47,080 nt of DNA from Octopus bimaculoides (taxonomy: Eukaryota): contig NC_068983.1 of NCBI RefSeq assembly GCF_001194135.2, forward strand, positions 96,458,642-96,505,721. Direction: 5' to 3'. How positions within the stretch are numbered: position 1 is the first letter of the stretch; every line of letters starts with the position of its first letter. The position numbers and the translations under genes are program-made. Below, piece after piece: positions 1 through 11,906 of the stretch. The notes beneath the pieces were generated by a model. It was not told the origin of the DNA. It did no database searches and saw only the letters and a program-made list of their open reading frames with translations.

Positions 1-37
<37 letters not shown>

Positions 38-61
38 CAGACAGACAGATAGATGGATAGG

Positions 62-93
<32 letters not shown>
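1..93. repeat. Compound microsatellite (AG)n-(AGAC)n-(AGAT)n
   Basis: Read directly from sequence. Confidence 0.95.
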
Positions 94-95
<2 letters not shown>

Positions 96-154
96 TTTAA
101 CGAGATTAATATTTAAAGTGACTTCAATTTTTCGACCTGCTACAACATCATCGC

Positions 155-199
155 ACAGTCCGATGATAGGTTAGCAAGCCGAAACTTCGAAGTCACTGT
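155..199 (+). ncRNA. Minimal type I hammerhead ribozyme-like motif (variant core), probably from a Penelope-like element
   Basis: ACAGT|CCGATGA|TA GGTT AGCA AGCC|GAAA CTTCGAAG TC|ACTGT. Stem I 155-159/195-199 is perfect; stem II is GGTT/AGCC; GAAA follows; stem III is palindromic (ACTTCGAAGT); cleavage triplet GUC. Deviations: U4C and 2 extra nt before stem II. Confidence 0.55.
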
Positions 200-310
200 C
201 AACACTAATCTTGTTCAAGAATAATACAGATGTACTTTACTGACAATTTTTCAGTAGTCTTTCAGTTTAAAGTAAATATTTTTTTTATTATAACTTGACA
301 TAAAACAAAC

Positions 311-484
311 ATTGCATACATATATAAATACGTATATATATACACGCGCGCATACATACATTCATGCACACATACATACATACATACATACATATATACA
401 TACATACATACAAACAAACATACATGCATACATACATACATACATATATACATACATATATACATACATAAATACATACATACA
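311..484. repeat. (TACA)n/(TA)n microsatellite
   Basis: Read directly; source of the MYVC/HTYI pseudo-ORFs. Confidence 0.95.
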
Positions 485-2749
485 CCCACAAGCAGTGACA
501 AGAACCTATTCTGATCACTTTGTAGCGAATCATTTTCGATTACAATAAACGACTAATAACGTTAAGATATTGGCGCCCTCTAATTATGGGAACGAGAAAA
601 CTTCGTTAACTTTACGTTTGATTAGAAGTGTTTTCCATTGTATATTTTCTGTGACGTACCTCGTAAGTAGATGGTGTTGTGTGTGAGTGTGAATCTATGT
701 GTGTGCGCGCGCGTATTTGTGATTGTATATTTTCTTGTCTTTTTCCTTTCTTTCTTACTTTTCGTTTCTCTAGAAACTTTTGTTCTCTCTGTTAAAGATT
801 ATCACCTGAAACAGATTCTCTTCTGTTTCTTTCTTTGCTGTACTAAACTCTATGGCACACTTGTTTGTTTGTTGTTTTTGTTACTTTATATTTCTACATT
901 TTGAAATTCGTACTGTTGCTTGACTAGCTGTGTGTAGTTTTTTCAGTTTACTTATTTTCTCTTTGCTTCAAATTTAATTGCGCAATTTTTACATACATTC
1001 ATACACATATACATACATGCATACACATATACACTCAGACGCACACTTACACACACACACTCATATACACACACACACACATACACGCACACACATATAT
1101 ATATGCTTGTGTATATGAATGTGTCTAGAGATAATTAAAGAACAAGAGAGAAAACGAAATGGTGTCAGTGGAAAAGTGTATAATATATTCACAAGAACGT
1201 TTTTTATTCTTTCTCTTGTACCAGTAATTTCGTTGGGTCTATACTAGAACACAATTGCATTGAATTGTGTTAATCGAAGGTATCAACTTCAGTACTTATT
1301 TTAAAGTGTATTACATATTTCAGCAAATCTGTTTGTGGAGACGCTAATCAACAAGAACCGCAACTATTTAAATCGGTATCAACATAAACAGACACATCAT
1401 CACCGAAATGCATAAATGCGTACACATATGGAGATATATAATATCAGTCAAAGAATGAAAGACAAGCACTTATGTCCGCTGGATTACCTCCCTGACTCAT
1501 ACGATTGGTGAGTATAGTGACATGATTGTTATATGTCTTCGTGCATGTACGCGCGCGTTAGAGAAGCAATGTTATGAATTATGTAGTTTTTTTTCCTCTC
1601 AATAACTTTTAATCCGAAATATCATTTTCACATATTTAACAATATATTGGGTGTGAACATGATCAGTTAGGCCTGGCTACTTGTCTATGTAATTGCTTGT
1701 CCCGTTACCTTAACCTTCGACACTGAAGATTATGGCATGTTGCATCATCCCAGACAGGCAGGGTAAGAAATGGTGTAAGCAACAGTAAGAAGCCACCGGG
1801 ACCAATAAATCAACACTTTCGGTGGGTATGTGTAATGGGATGGTAATGTATCTGATATTTTCTCACTATAATTACCTAATATGGAATTAGCTCTTTATTC
1901 ACTACGCTGTCCACATTTATCACAAGAATCACTAAACCTTTTGACAGGAATTGCTCCCTGAACTCTCCCCTTGTCGTTCTGTATCCTTCTCACTCTCTCT
2001 TCTTTCAGTCTCTCTTTATCTCTTTCCTTAAATCATATATTTTCCTCTTTTCTTCTTCCTTCTCTTCTTTCTTTCCAGTGACCCACAAGTTCATTGAACT
2101 TCGATTTCGAAGGATTCTTCATTGTCTTTGCCCCACTCTATTTGACAGCAATTTTCGTAAAAACAACACCCTGCCTTCACTCTATATCCCCCCACCTTAC
2201 TCTTCTTCCCTACCTTAGTTCCTTTTCCTTTTCCGTCTCTGCTGCTCTTCTCCCCCACCTTCATCACCTCTTTTTCCATTTATTTACAACTACATTTACT
2301 TTAATCAATTTCTGTTTTTACAGCTGAAAGTTGTGTCTCAATATATCTCCGCATCTCTGTTTTCTTTGTCTTTTTTTTCGAAATCATTCAATTCTTTTTC
2401 GATATTATTCTTGTCCTTATCTTTCTTTCTTCTTTGTCATTTTTGCCCGTTGTTTCTCCATTTCACTTCTCAGTCACTAACCTAAACCGGTATTTTCCGC
2501 CTCACTCCATCATGTCCGCTTCGAGTACACTCCAGAAAACACAACCATATACTATTTTCAACATTCAAGCCGCTGAAGAAACCACTATATGAGCGCTTAA
2601 TCCGCAAGACATGGCAGGCAATCCTCCCTCACATCACATCCAACTGTACTGAAAAAAGGAAGATAATACCACATTATATAACGTAGTTCTTACATAATTC
2701 TTGGCATGACAGATTGTCGTTGCAAATGAAAGTGAATGGGACAGTCACA

Positions 2750-2905
2750 GTACCATCAAAGAAGAATGGCCTAATTAATCGTTGGCTGATAAACCACACC
2801 ATACTATAACTCTTGGAATATTAATAGGAAATTCCTGAGCAATGATGACATGTTTGGGTACTCAATAGGTGCAATTGTGGGGGTTAATAGAGCCATTTAA
2901 TACTC
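2750..2905 (-). mobile_element. Degenerate Tc1/mariner (maT/DD37D-like) transposase fragment
   Basis: Minus strand reads LNGSINPHNCTY*VPKHVIIAQEFPINIPRVIVWCGLSAN, then after a frameshift LIRPFFFDGTVT. This matches the family pattern LNGxVNxxNCRxW...PKVxVWCGxS...IGPFFFxxTVT. Confidence 0.6.
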
Positions 2906-3894
2906 CTGAAACGTAGAATGATAATAGTAAGAAAGTTTTTGACCATATACTTAGTCAGGGTATTCACAACCACAACACAGTAATAAAGTGTCCAGTATCT
3001 CTCCATATGTTACTCTGAACAGCCTAATAATATAAGTACATAAGAAAAAGGCTTGAGTGTTTTTCATCTGGGTCTGCTTAACCTCATAACATACACATTT
3101 TTTGTTCAATTACCATGCAAAAAATATAATCTTTTATTATTTATTTAGAATCTGTATATAAAGAAGAATAAGTACACAAATTATTAGTGATGATTTATTA
3201 TGAAGTTACTGATAGAAATGATAATTACTGATAATTACTCCGTTTTAATCCAGGTTAAGCCTGTCGAAATTCTGAAGATAATTATCTTCATAAATAGGGA
3301 TAACAAACATACAGAAACGCCCACTTAACCTTTATTGCAGTAAATAAACCAAATACAATGGTTAAATAAATACAACAAACACTATTTTGCGTCCAGTTCA
3401 CCTTTATTGCAATAAATGAACTAAATACAAGTGTCTTAAATGAGGACAGTGGGTTAATATGGGTTTGACAGAAAACAGGAATAACATTCTGAACGAAGTA
3501 TTTCGGGTTAGGAATAAGTGACAGATACTTCAGGGTACAGTGAACGTATATTTCCGTTCAAATATATATTTACTGGACATCTCTGAGCGAGAATATACGG
3601 AATAATATGTTAAGAGCTTTAATCAGAGTTGACTTGGGTTTAATAACTGCATCACCAACAATAACGAGTCCCACGAATACACGTGATTACTAGCTGAGAC
3701 ACCTTTGACCACAACACATCCCATCTACACACAAAACTACTAATGTAAAAAGCAACACTTTTAATACATATGCTATTATTTCTATTACAATGCACACCAC
3801 TAAAACTACCACTGATTCTACAAACCTGAGACGACACCGGCATTCTATATTTTTCAAATTCAAATCTAATGGGCACAAGTACCATTAACACCAC

Positions 3895-4305
3895 CATCCC
3901 ACCGCCACCACCGATATGCCATCGCCGACTTCATGTCACCACCACCACCACCACCATCATCACCACCACTACCACCTCAGCGCTATCATTAACAAAACAT
4001 CGAGAGAATCATTATCACAATACGAAAGCATCAGCTCAACATTAGTAAATCAACATGTCCAACCGCGATGTACATTCATAGACGCGCAAGGCCGTGCGCG
4101 TGCGCTCATACACATGCACACGCCCACGAACACACACACGCGAACTCGCACCCACACACGAACACGCCTACACACACACACACATGTACGCGCACCAACA
4201 CGCCCACACACGAACGCGCGCACGCACGCACACAAGAACACACACACACGAACGGTCGCGTGCACAGACACAAACACAAACACACGCACGCACACACACA
4301 CACAG
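3895..4305. repeat. (CAC)n low-complexity tract followed by an imperfect (CA)/(CG) alternating purine-pyrimidine repeat
   Basis: Read directly. Confidence 0.85.
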
Positions 4306-4869
4306 AGTATCATCCGTCACAACCATAACACTATGAACACCATCAATCAAACTTCGAAACATTAGTGAAGGCATTAGAAGGTCTCAATTTTTGCTCCAAC
4401 TTTTTAAACAGGTTGCTTCAAGGTTAATGGATTGGTGAAAAGAGTTGCCAACCATTCGTGATTCATAGCCAATGACACACTCTCACAATTTCGGATCACA
4501 TGATCCCAAATGCTGATTTCATTGGACAACTAAGCCTGCCTGAGTAACCGAACACGCAACATATTCTTTCTTCTTTCATTTCTATATATTTTTTATAGTA
4601 TCCATCCATCTACCAATCTTTCCTCTATTCTCAGTCTCCCTATAAATACACACATTCACAGATACACGCGCGCACACACACACACACACACACGCAAACA
4701 CACACATACATACACACATCTGACGAAACGTTTCTGAAAGAGATGTTTCCAAGGCCGAACAAGAATAGTTTTGGGTCTCGATTAGTGTATGTTATCACTG
4801 TATATTTGTGTCTATACATACATACATGCTCACATACATACATATATAATACGTACATACATACACACA

Positions 4870-4945
<76 letters not shown>

Positions 4946-5257
4946 NNNNNNNNNNNNNNNNNNNNNNNNNNNNNNNNNNNNNNNNNNNNNNNNNNNNNNN
5001 NNNNNNNNNNNNNNNNNNNNNNNNNNNNNNNNNNNNNNNNNNNNNNNNNNNNNNNNNNNNNNNNNNNNNNNNNNNNNNNNNNNNNNNNNNNNNNNNNNNN
5101 NNNNNNNNNNNNNNNNNNNNNNNNNNNNNTATATATGTATATATACATATATATGTGTGTGTCTCTGTATGTATATGCGTGTATGTATGTATGTATGTAT
5201 ATGTGTGTGTGCGTATGTATGTATGTATGTATTTATGTATGTATGTATGTATGTATA

Positions 5258-5345
5258 CACACATTTTGCATGGCATAAAGAAAGGAGAACGTTTACAGAA
5301 TCTCTGAAGATACGACGAGGCATTGACACGCTGAACAGTAAATAA
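5258..5345 (+). repeat. Unclassified dispersed repeat; related copy inverted at ~11020-11070
   Basis: TTTTGCATGGCATAAAGAAAGGAGA...GCATTGACAC at 5265-5329 matches the reverse complement of 11034-11070. Confidence 0.6.
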
Positions 5346-5540
5346 ATCTCCTGTTTTAAGACTGAAAGACAACTTTCACCTAATGAAAAGTATAACTTTT
5401 GGAAGGAAATTTCAAAATAGATTATTATTTATTGAGAGAGAAGCCCGAACACGTAAAAGTGAAAAATATCCCCAATACTAGTACTTCCTAGTTTGTCGAA
5501 AATTGAAGGATCGGCTTGACAAGTGTATGTGTCACATATA

Positions 5541-6315
5541 CAAGGGGTACCCAAAAGAAACTGGAATTTTGCAATATTCTTTTATTCACTTAGATTTACA
5601 TGTTTACACTTTCATCGCCTTCAATGTATTCTCCATTTGAACCAATGCATCTGCCCAGACACATTTTCCACTGTTCGTAGCAGTGCAGGAACTCTTGCGT
5701 AGTGTTGCTTTTAACGCCTCCGTGGTTTTTTTTTTCTTCAGCTCTTCCATATCTGCAAATTCCGTAGCACCAGCTTTCGCCACCAGTGATGACCTTCGTA
5801 AAAAAGGTCCGGGTCAACTTCCAACTGTTCTTTTAGTTCACGACACGCATTCTGTCGTGACTGCTTTTCATTTCTCTGAGCAAGCAAGGCATAAATTTTG
5901 CTGCAACTCCTTTCATTCGCGATTCCACGCTCAAAATTCGTTGGTAGGAGCTCCAGGACACACCAGTCATAGAAACAAGTTCATCAATTGTTCTTAGACG
6001 GTTCTCCAAGATCAGTTCATAAATTTTCATGATGTTTTCATTCGTTTGGGAGGTTGACGGTCGCTGAACGAGGTTGATCCTCAAGCAACAAGACACTATT
6101 CCTAAAAGTTTGTGTCTTGCTCATGGCAGCGTTCTTGTAAGTTGTTTCAAGCCTGACAACTGTTTCGGTCGCTGTTTTCCCTAGCAGAAAACAGAATTTC
6201 ACGGAAGATTGCTGTTCCTTCGTTTTAGCCATCATAGAAATCGACGAACAGGGGAGAAGCACTGCAAAACAAAGACGCACGCCGTGGCAGTACGACTTCG
6301 TAGACGACAGTGTGA
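5541..6315 (-). mobile_element. Internally deleted mariner transposon relic
   Basis: N-terminus KEQQSSVKFCFLLGKTATETV; HTH RTIDELVSMTGVSWSSYQRIL...VAAKFMPCLL; mutated first catalytic motif ITGGESWCYG (normally TGDESW) joined directly to the C-terminus QEFLHCYEQWKMCLGRCIGSNGEYIEGD. TA plus TIR-like CAAGGGGTACCCAAAAGAAACTGG at 5539-5564. The second TIR is not recognisable. Confidence 0.88.
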
Positions 6316-6549
6316 AAAATGAGACAAGTTTACTCTATGTACAACAGTATTCAATCAAATATAGGCAGAATTAAACCCTAACTTTAAAAATTAAAGAAAC
6401 ACATAAATCTATGTACATCTGTATCGGTATTAATTGTAAACCTACAATAACTAAATTATATACTAAATAGCGACCAATCTTTAAGTCCATACAAATAATA
6501 ATTCCACCAGTCTTCCATAGTTACTACTATAACAACAGAATGCGAAAGC

Positions 6550-6588
<39 letters not shown>

Positions 6589-7551
6589 NNNNNNNNNNNN
6601 NNNNNNNNNNNNNNNNNNNNNNNNNNNNNNNNNNNNNNNNNNNNNNNNNNNNNNNNNNNNNNNNNNNNNNNNNNNNNNNNNNNNNNNNNNNNNNNNNNNN
6701 NNNNNNNNNNNNNNNNNNNNNNNNNNNNNNNNNNNNNNNNNNNNNNNNNNNNNNNNNNNNNNNNNNNNNNNNNNNNNNNNNNNNNNNNNNNNNNNNNNNN
6801 NNNNNNNNNNNNNNNNNNNNNNNNNNNNNNNNNNNNNNNNNNNNNNNNNNNNNNNNNNNNNNNNNNNNNNNNNNNNNNNNNNNNNNNNNNNNNNNNNNNN
6901 NNNNNNNNNNNNNNNNNNNNNNNNNNNNNNNNNNNNNNNNNNNNNNNNNNNNNNNNNNNNNNNNNNNNNNNNNNNNNNNNNNNNNNNNNNNNNNNNNNNN
7001 NNNNNNNNNNNNNNNNNNNNNNNNNNNNNNNNNNNNNNNNNNNNNNNNNNNNNNNNNNNNNNNNNNNNNNNNNNNNNNNNNNNNNNNNNNNNNNNNNNNN
7101 NNNNNNNNNNNNNNNNNNNNNNNNNNNNNNNNNNNNNNNNNNNNNNNNNNNNNNNNNNNNNNNNNNNNNNNNNNNNNNNNNNNNNNNNNNNNNNNNNNNN
7201 NNNNNNNNNNNNNNNNNNNNNNNNNNNNNNNNNNNNNNNNNNNNNNNATATATATATATATATATATATATATAAGAAAAAATAAAAAAGGAGACAAGCG
7301 CTCATACAGTTATTAAAACATTTATATCTTCATGTCCTCTACATATGTTTCGATGGATGCATTCAAAATACGTCCGACAGGAAGCACTATGATCAGCTAT
7401 GTATCAGCCTAATCAAGAAAGCTATAAGCAACAACACTCGTCAAATAGACATGTTTACACATATAGGAAGCCCTAGAAAATGTGACGTATTTATATGCAT
7501 ATGCAAGAACACGTACACACGCATATATGCAACATGCATACATAAACATAT

Positions 7552-7576
7552 ATGTGTATGTGTAAGTATAAATATT

Positions 7577-7636
<60 letters not shown>

Positions 7637-7659
7637 AATGTATGTATGTATATATACCT

Positions 7660-7691
<32 letters not shown>

Positions 7692-7828
7692 CCATATTTA
7701 TAGTTTTACCAACACGAAAATGTATGCATGCAAACTTGTAAACACTCATACATACATACATACATACATACAAAATACATACATACACTCATGCATAAGC
7801 CCACAACTTATGCCTATATCTATATCCA

Positions 7829-7863
<35 letters not shown>

Positions 7864-7864
7864 A

Positions 7865-7911
<47 letters not shown>

Positions 7912-7933
7912 TTATCTATCTGTCTATCTATCC

Positions 7934-7973
<40 letters not shown>

Positions 7974-7975
7974 CC
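7552..7975. repeat. (TA)n, (TACA)n and (ATCT)n microsatellite block
   Basis: Read directly. Confidence 0.95.
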
Positions 7976-7984
7976 GAGTCTATC

Positions 7985-8146
7985 GTGAATATTGTCGCGC
8001 CTCCTTCCTTTAAACGGGAAGGAAGAGCTATTTTCATCGTACTTGTGGCTATGGCGAAAGAATGTGTATGGTGGACGCGTCTGAAAGGTCTAGAGACAAA
8101 GACTTTCCTCTCTGGGCAATCTCTCATCAACTTCTTCAAGTATCAC
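7985..8146 (+). mobile_element. C-terminal ORF2 fragment of a Tx1/L1-clade LINE, 5'-truncated, running into a gap
   Basis: Translation [50 protein letters not shown] resembles the post-RT C-terminus of Tx1-like ORF2 (xAKxxxWxxR motif). Assignment from memory of the family. Confidence 0.55.
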
Positions 8147-8679
8147 NNNNNNNNNNNNNNNNNNNNNNNNNNNNNNNNNNNNNNNNNNNNNNNNNNNNNN
8201 NNNNNNNNNNNNNNNNNNNNNNNNNNNNNNNNNNNNNNNNNNNNNNNNNNNNNNNNNNNNNNNNNNNNNNNNNNNNNNNNNNNNNNNNNNNNNNNNNNNN
8301 NNNNNNNNNNNNNNNNNNNNNNNNNNNNNNNNNNNNNNNNNNNNNNNNNNNNNNNNNNNNNNNNNNNNNNNNNNNNNNNNNNNNNNNNNNNNNNNNNNNN
8401 NNNNNNNNNNNNNNNNNNNNNNNNNNNNNNNNNNNNNNNNNNNNNNNNNNNNNNNNNNNNNNNNNNNNNNNNNNNNNNNNNNNNNNNNNNNNNNNNNNNN
8501 NNNNNNNNNNNNNNNNNNNNNNNNNNNNNNNNNNNNNNNNNNNNNNNNNNNNNNNNNNNNNNNNNNNNNNNNNNNNNNNNNNNNNNNNNNNNNNNNNNNN
8601 NNNNNNNNNNNNNNNNNNNNNNNNNNNNNNNNNNNNNNNNNNNNNNNNNNNNNNNNNNNNNNNNNNNNNNNNNNNNNNN

Positions 8680-8724
<45 letters not shown>

Positions 8725-8725
8725 G

Positions 8726-8764
<39 letters not shown>

Positions 8765-8769
8765 ATGTC

Positions 8770-8975
8770 TTTGTGTTTGTGTTTATCTCCCCGCCATCGC
8801 TTGACAACTGCTGTTGGTGTATATACGTCCCCGTTATCTAGTCGTTCGCCAAAGTGACCGATAGAATAAGCACAAGGCTTACAAGGATAACTCCTGGGGT
8901 CGACTAAAACTCATCGAGGCGATGTTCCAGTATGGCCGCAGTCAAATGACTAAATCATGTAAAAGAATAAAAGAA
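8770..8975 (+). mobile_element. tRNA-derived SINE, family A, 3' half
   Basis: Shares ...CCATCGCTTGACAAC...GATAGAATAAG...ATGGCCGCAGTCAAATGACT...GTAAAAGAATAAAAGAA with the full copies at 25842 and 23349. Confidence 0.8.
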
Positions 8976-9470
8976 CATAACTAATAACTGTTGTAATTTC
9001 AGTTCGGAAAACACATTTCTAAATCGCAGATGATTTCAAGGTTTCTAAAGAATGGGAGAAAGAATCAATTAACAGAATCATATGAAATCGGTTTTTTTCT
9101 CTTTTAATCCTACTTTATGAGGATCACGCTTTCTATTAGCAATGGAAGTGCTTAAATCGGTTTACTTTATTTCGTTGAATCGCAAGTTCCTATTTTAATG
9201 GTTCCCAAGTAGCAACTATTGATTACAAGTTCCCTGGGAACAAGAAAGTAAACTTGTTGAATATTTTTGTTAACTCCAAAGCATTGCTTCAGAAGAGAAC
9301 AATCACTTCAGATAAAGATGGCGGACCAAGGTTCGGTATATTTGTAAGCAATTATGTTCCTATAACAAATAATCTTCAGTGTGGAGTCCCAGCAGAGCAA
9401 AGTAACTGAGGTTAGTCAATAATTGATTTCGATTATACATCAAAAACTAAAGAGACAATAACACGAAATA

Positions 9471-9575
9471 CATACATATATACTACATACATATATACTA
9501 CATACATATATACTACATACATATATACTACATACATATATACTACATACATATATACTACATACATATATACTA
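9471..9575. repeat. 15-bp minisatellite (CATACATATATACTA) x7
   Basis: Seven consecutive exact units followed by a degenerate one. Confidence 0.92.
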
Positions 9576-9869
9576 TATACATATATATATTCTATTCCTT
9601 CCTCTCTTCCTTTCTTTCCTTCTTTTTACCTTAGTCTCTTTCCAAATCATCATTTCTGCCCCCCTTTCCTCTTTATCTCTCTTCCACTTACTTACCTTAT
9701 ACTGATTCTTGTTGTCTTTCTTCACTCCAGTCGCCATGCCAGTACTACTCCTTCAGTGTTTTCCTAGCGTTAATTTTCTAACGAATCTATAATGACTTCT
9801 GGAAAAATCTTACTATAATAATGAAAAATAAAATGATGACCATTATTTATGCCTTGTTTTACATATATA

Positions 9870-10190
9870 TAAAGGCAAAAGTTGCCTTCGGTCATTAATG
9901 ACCATGGGATTGTCCCTAGGAAGTTCCCCTCCGAGGCACAAGTCCGGGCAAGGTTGTTGATGGAAGACCAGCGTCCCATCTCCACAACACCGATGTTATC
10001 AAAGGGAAAGGCAAAGGCCGATGCAGCTTGGTACCAGTTACATCGCAACTCATTTGTACAGCTGAATAAACTGGAGCAACATGAGTTAAAGTGTCTTGCT
10101 CAAGAATACAACACACAACCTGGTCGAAGAATCAAAGTCACTACCTTATGATTGTGAATCTCACGCTCTAACTACTGAGACATACGCGTT
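9870..10190 (-). mobile_element. tRNA-derived SINE, family B, with CORE-like central domain
   Basis: Reverse complement has a tRNA-like head (TCAGTAGTTAGAGC...) followed by TTCTTGAGCAAGACACTTTAACTCATGTTGCTCCAGTTTATTCAGCTGTACAAATGAG, similar to CORE-type SINE domains. Confidence 0.7.
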
Positions 10191-10270
10191 CGTATATATA
10201 TATATAAATATTTCGTATGTGTATTTCGTGTGCAAGATTCTTGATGTGGATACGTGTGTTGAAAGAAATA

Positions 10271-10584
10271 CAATTAAACCTTGGGAGAGGCATTATGCCG
10301 GTAATAAACACACGCACTGTTTCAGCCCTTTATTAATTTATATAGTTTTTTGTTAAATTATTTCCTTGTGTGGTATTCCCATGGAACTTGTAATCAATAG
10401 TTGGTACCTGGGAACCATTAAAATAGGAACTTGTGATTCAATGAAATAAAGTGGAGAGACAAGTTACTGAAGAGATTGCAAGAGTGCAATGAAATAATTT
10501 AACAAAAAACTATATAAATTAATAAAGGGCTGAACCAGTGCGTGTGTTTATTACCGGCATAATGCCTCTCCCAAGGTTTAATTG
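10271..10584. mobile_element. MITE (Tc1/mariner/pogo type), 314 bp, 94-bp TIRs, TA TSD
   Basis: 10271-10364 is the reverse complement of 10491-10584 with 1 mismatch. TA flanks both ends (10269-70, 10585-86). Termini CAATTAAACC...GGTTTAATTG. Confidence 0.92.
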
Positions 10585-10654
10585 TATATATAAATATATG
10601 TATATANNNNNNNNNNNNNNNNNNNNNNNNNNNTGTGTGTGTGTGTGTGTGTGT

Positions 10655-10944
10655 ATATAACGTAACGAAGACAGCCGAAATGCTTGGCGTATCAAGAAGT
10701 ACTATCTCGAAAGTAATGATAGCCTTTGAGAACATTCTAGTGAAGTTGAACATCTTACCTGGCCACCACAGTCGCCAGATCTCAATATTATTGAACATTT
10801 ATGGTGCATTTAGAAAAACAAGTAAGGAGTCGATATCCTCCACCATCATCACTACAAGAACTGGAGACACTTTTAGCTGAAGAATGGACAAAAACCCCTT
10901 TGGAAACAAATTATAAGGTGTTTCCATTATTTTGTCCAATCCCT
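10655..10944 (+). mobile_element. Internally deleted Tc1 (DD34E) transposon relic
   Basis: HTH NVTKTAEMLGVSRSTISKVM joined to EHLTWPPQSPDLNIIEHLW (third catalytic E motif), then after a frameshift LEKQVRSRYPPPSSLQELETLLAEEW. TIR-like CCATTATTTTGTCCAATCCCT at the end. Confidence 0.85.
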
Positions 10945-11399
10945 ATTTTCAACTTTCCCTTCAAAATTTCTATATTTCATTGCGTTAATGTTCTCTTTCC
11001 TTCCGAGAACAGAACACTTGTTTAGTATTCTAAGTGTCAATGCTTCGAGGTAGTCTCCTTTCTTTATGCCATGCAAAAACTTTAATTGTTTATATAGGAA
11101 AAATATTTATAAAAATAAATAAACTTGGTGTTTATGGCTGTAAGAATAATTTTTTTACAATTCAAACTTAAATATCATATTTCATTTAATATTAACATTT
11201 AATGCAAGATGCATTAGAAAAAAATGCGATTTATTCTGTAAACAGTTAAAGTTTGAAAAATTCTGTTTAACAATGCATGATTTACCAAATAGAAAACTTA
11301 GACGTGTATAATTTTCACATTTTTATAGGAAGTTGTTTAGATAGGTGCGTTGGCACCAATACGAATTTGTACTTGGGCATATAATAAAGAGACATAAAG

Positions 11400-11906
11400 T
11401 CGTAGTTGAAAATACATTACATATATGCCGAATATATTGTTGTTATGATTGTGGTGGTATCGGTTATAGAGTTGATGACTACTACCATGGAGGTATGTTA
11501 ATGTATTTTGGTGACCTTCGTCTCTATATAACGGCAATGGTATGCAGTGGTAGTGATATGTACTAGTGGTGGAGGTGGTTGTGGTGAAGGTAGTGGTGGT
11601 GGAGGTAGTAGTGATGGTAGTAGTAGTTGTAGCGATGGTGGTATGTAGAGTGGGCAGTGATGTTATATAAACGCATACATACATATGTACATACATGCAT
11701 ACACACATATGTACGTACATATAAACATATATATACGCACATATATAGACACATACATACATACATGCACACGTACATACATGCATTCATACATACATAC
11801 ATACATACATACATATAAATGCACATACATACACGCATACATACATCTCTCTCTCTCTCTCTCAATATATATATATATACATACGTACATACATATATAC
11901 ATACAT
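11400..11906. repeat. (GTA/GGT)n low complexity, then (TACA)n/(CT)n microsatellites
   Basis: Read directly. Confidence 0.85.

Noticed and set aside
3329-3430. Imperfect 30-bp direct repeat CCTTTATTGCA(G/A)TAAAT(A/G)AAC(C/T)AAATACAA, 72 bp apart
   Set aside because: Only two diverged units; not a CRISPR array, most likely an old local duplication.
4715-4747. CTGACGA...GAAA hammerhead-like string
   Set aside because: No stem III or NUH cleavage triplet.
9696-9800. Minus-strand segment with strong acceptor and AAG|GTAAGT donor
   Set aside because: All three frames are closed. It shows that good splice signals arise by chance here, which also tempers the exon candidates reported.
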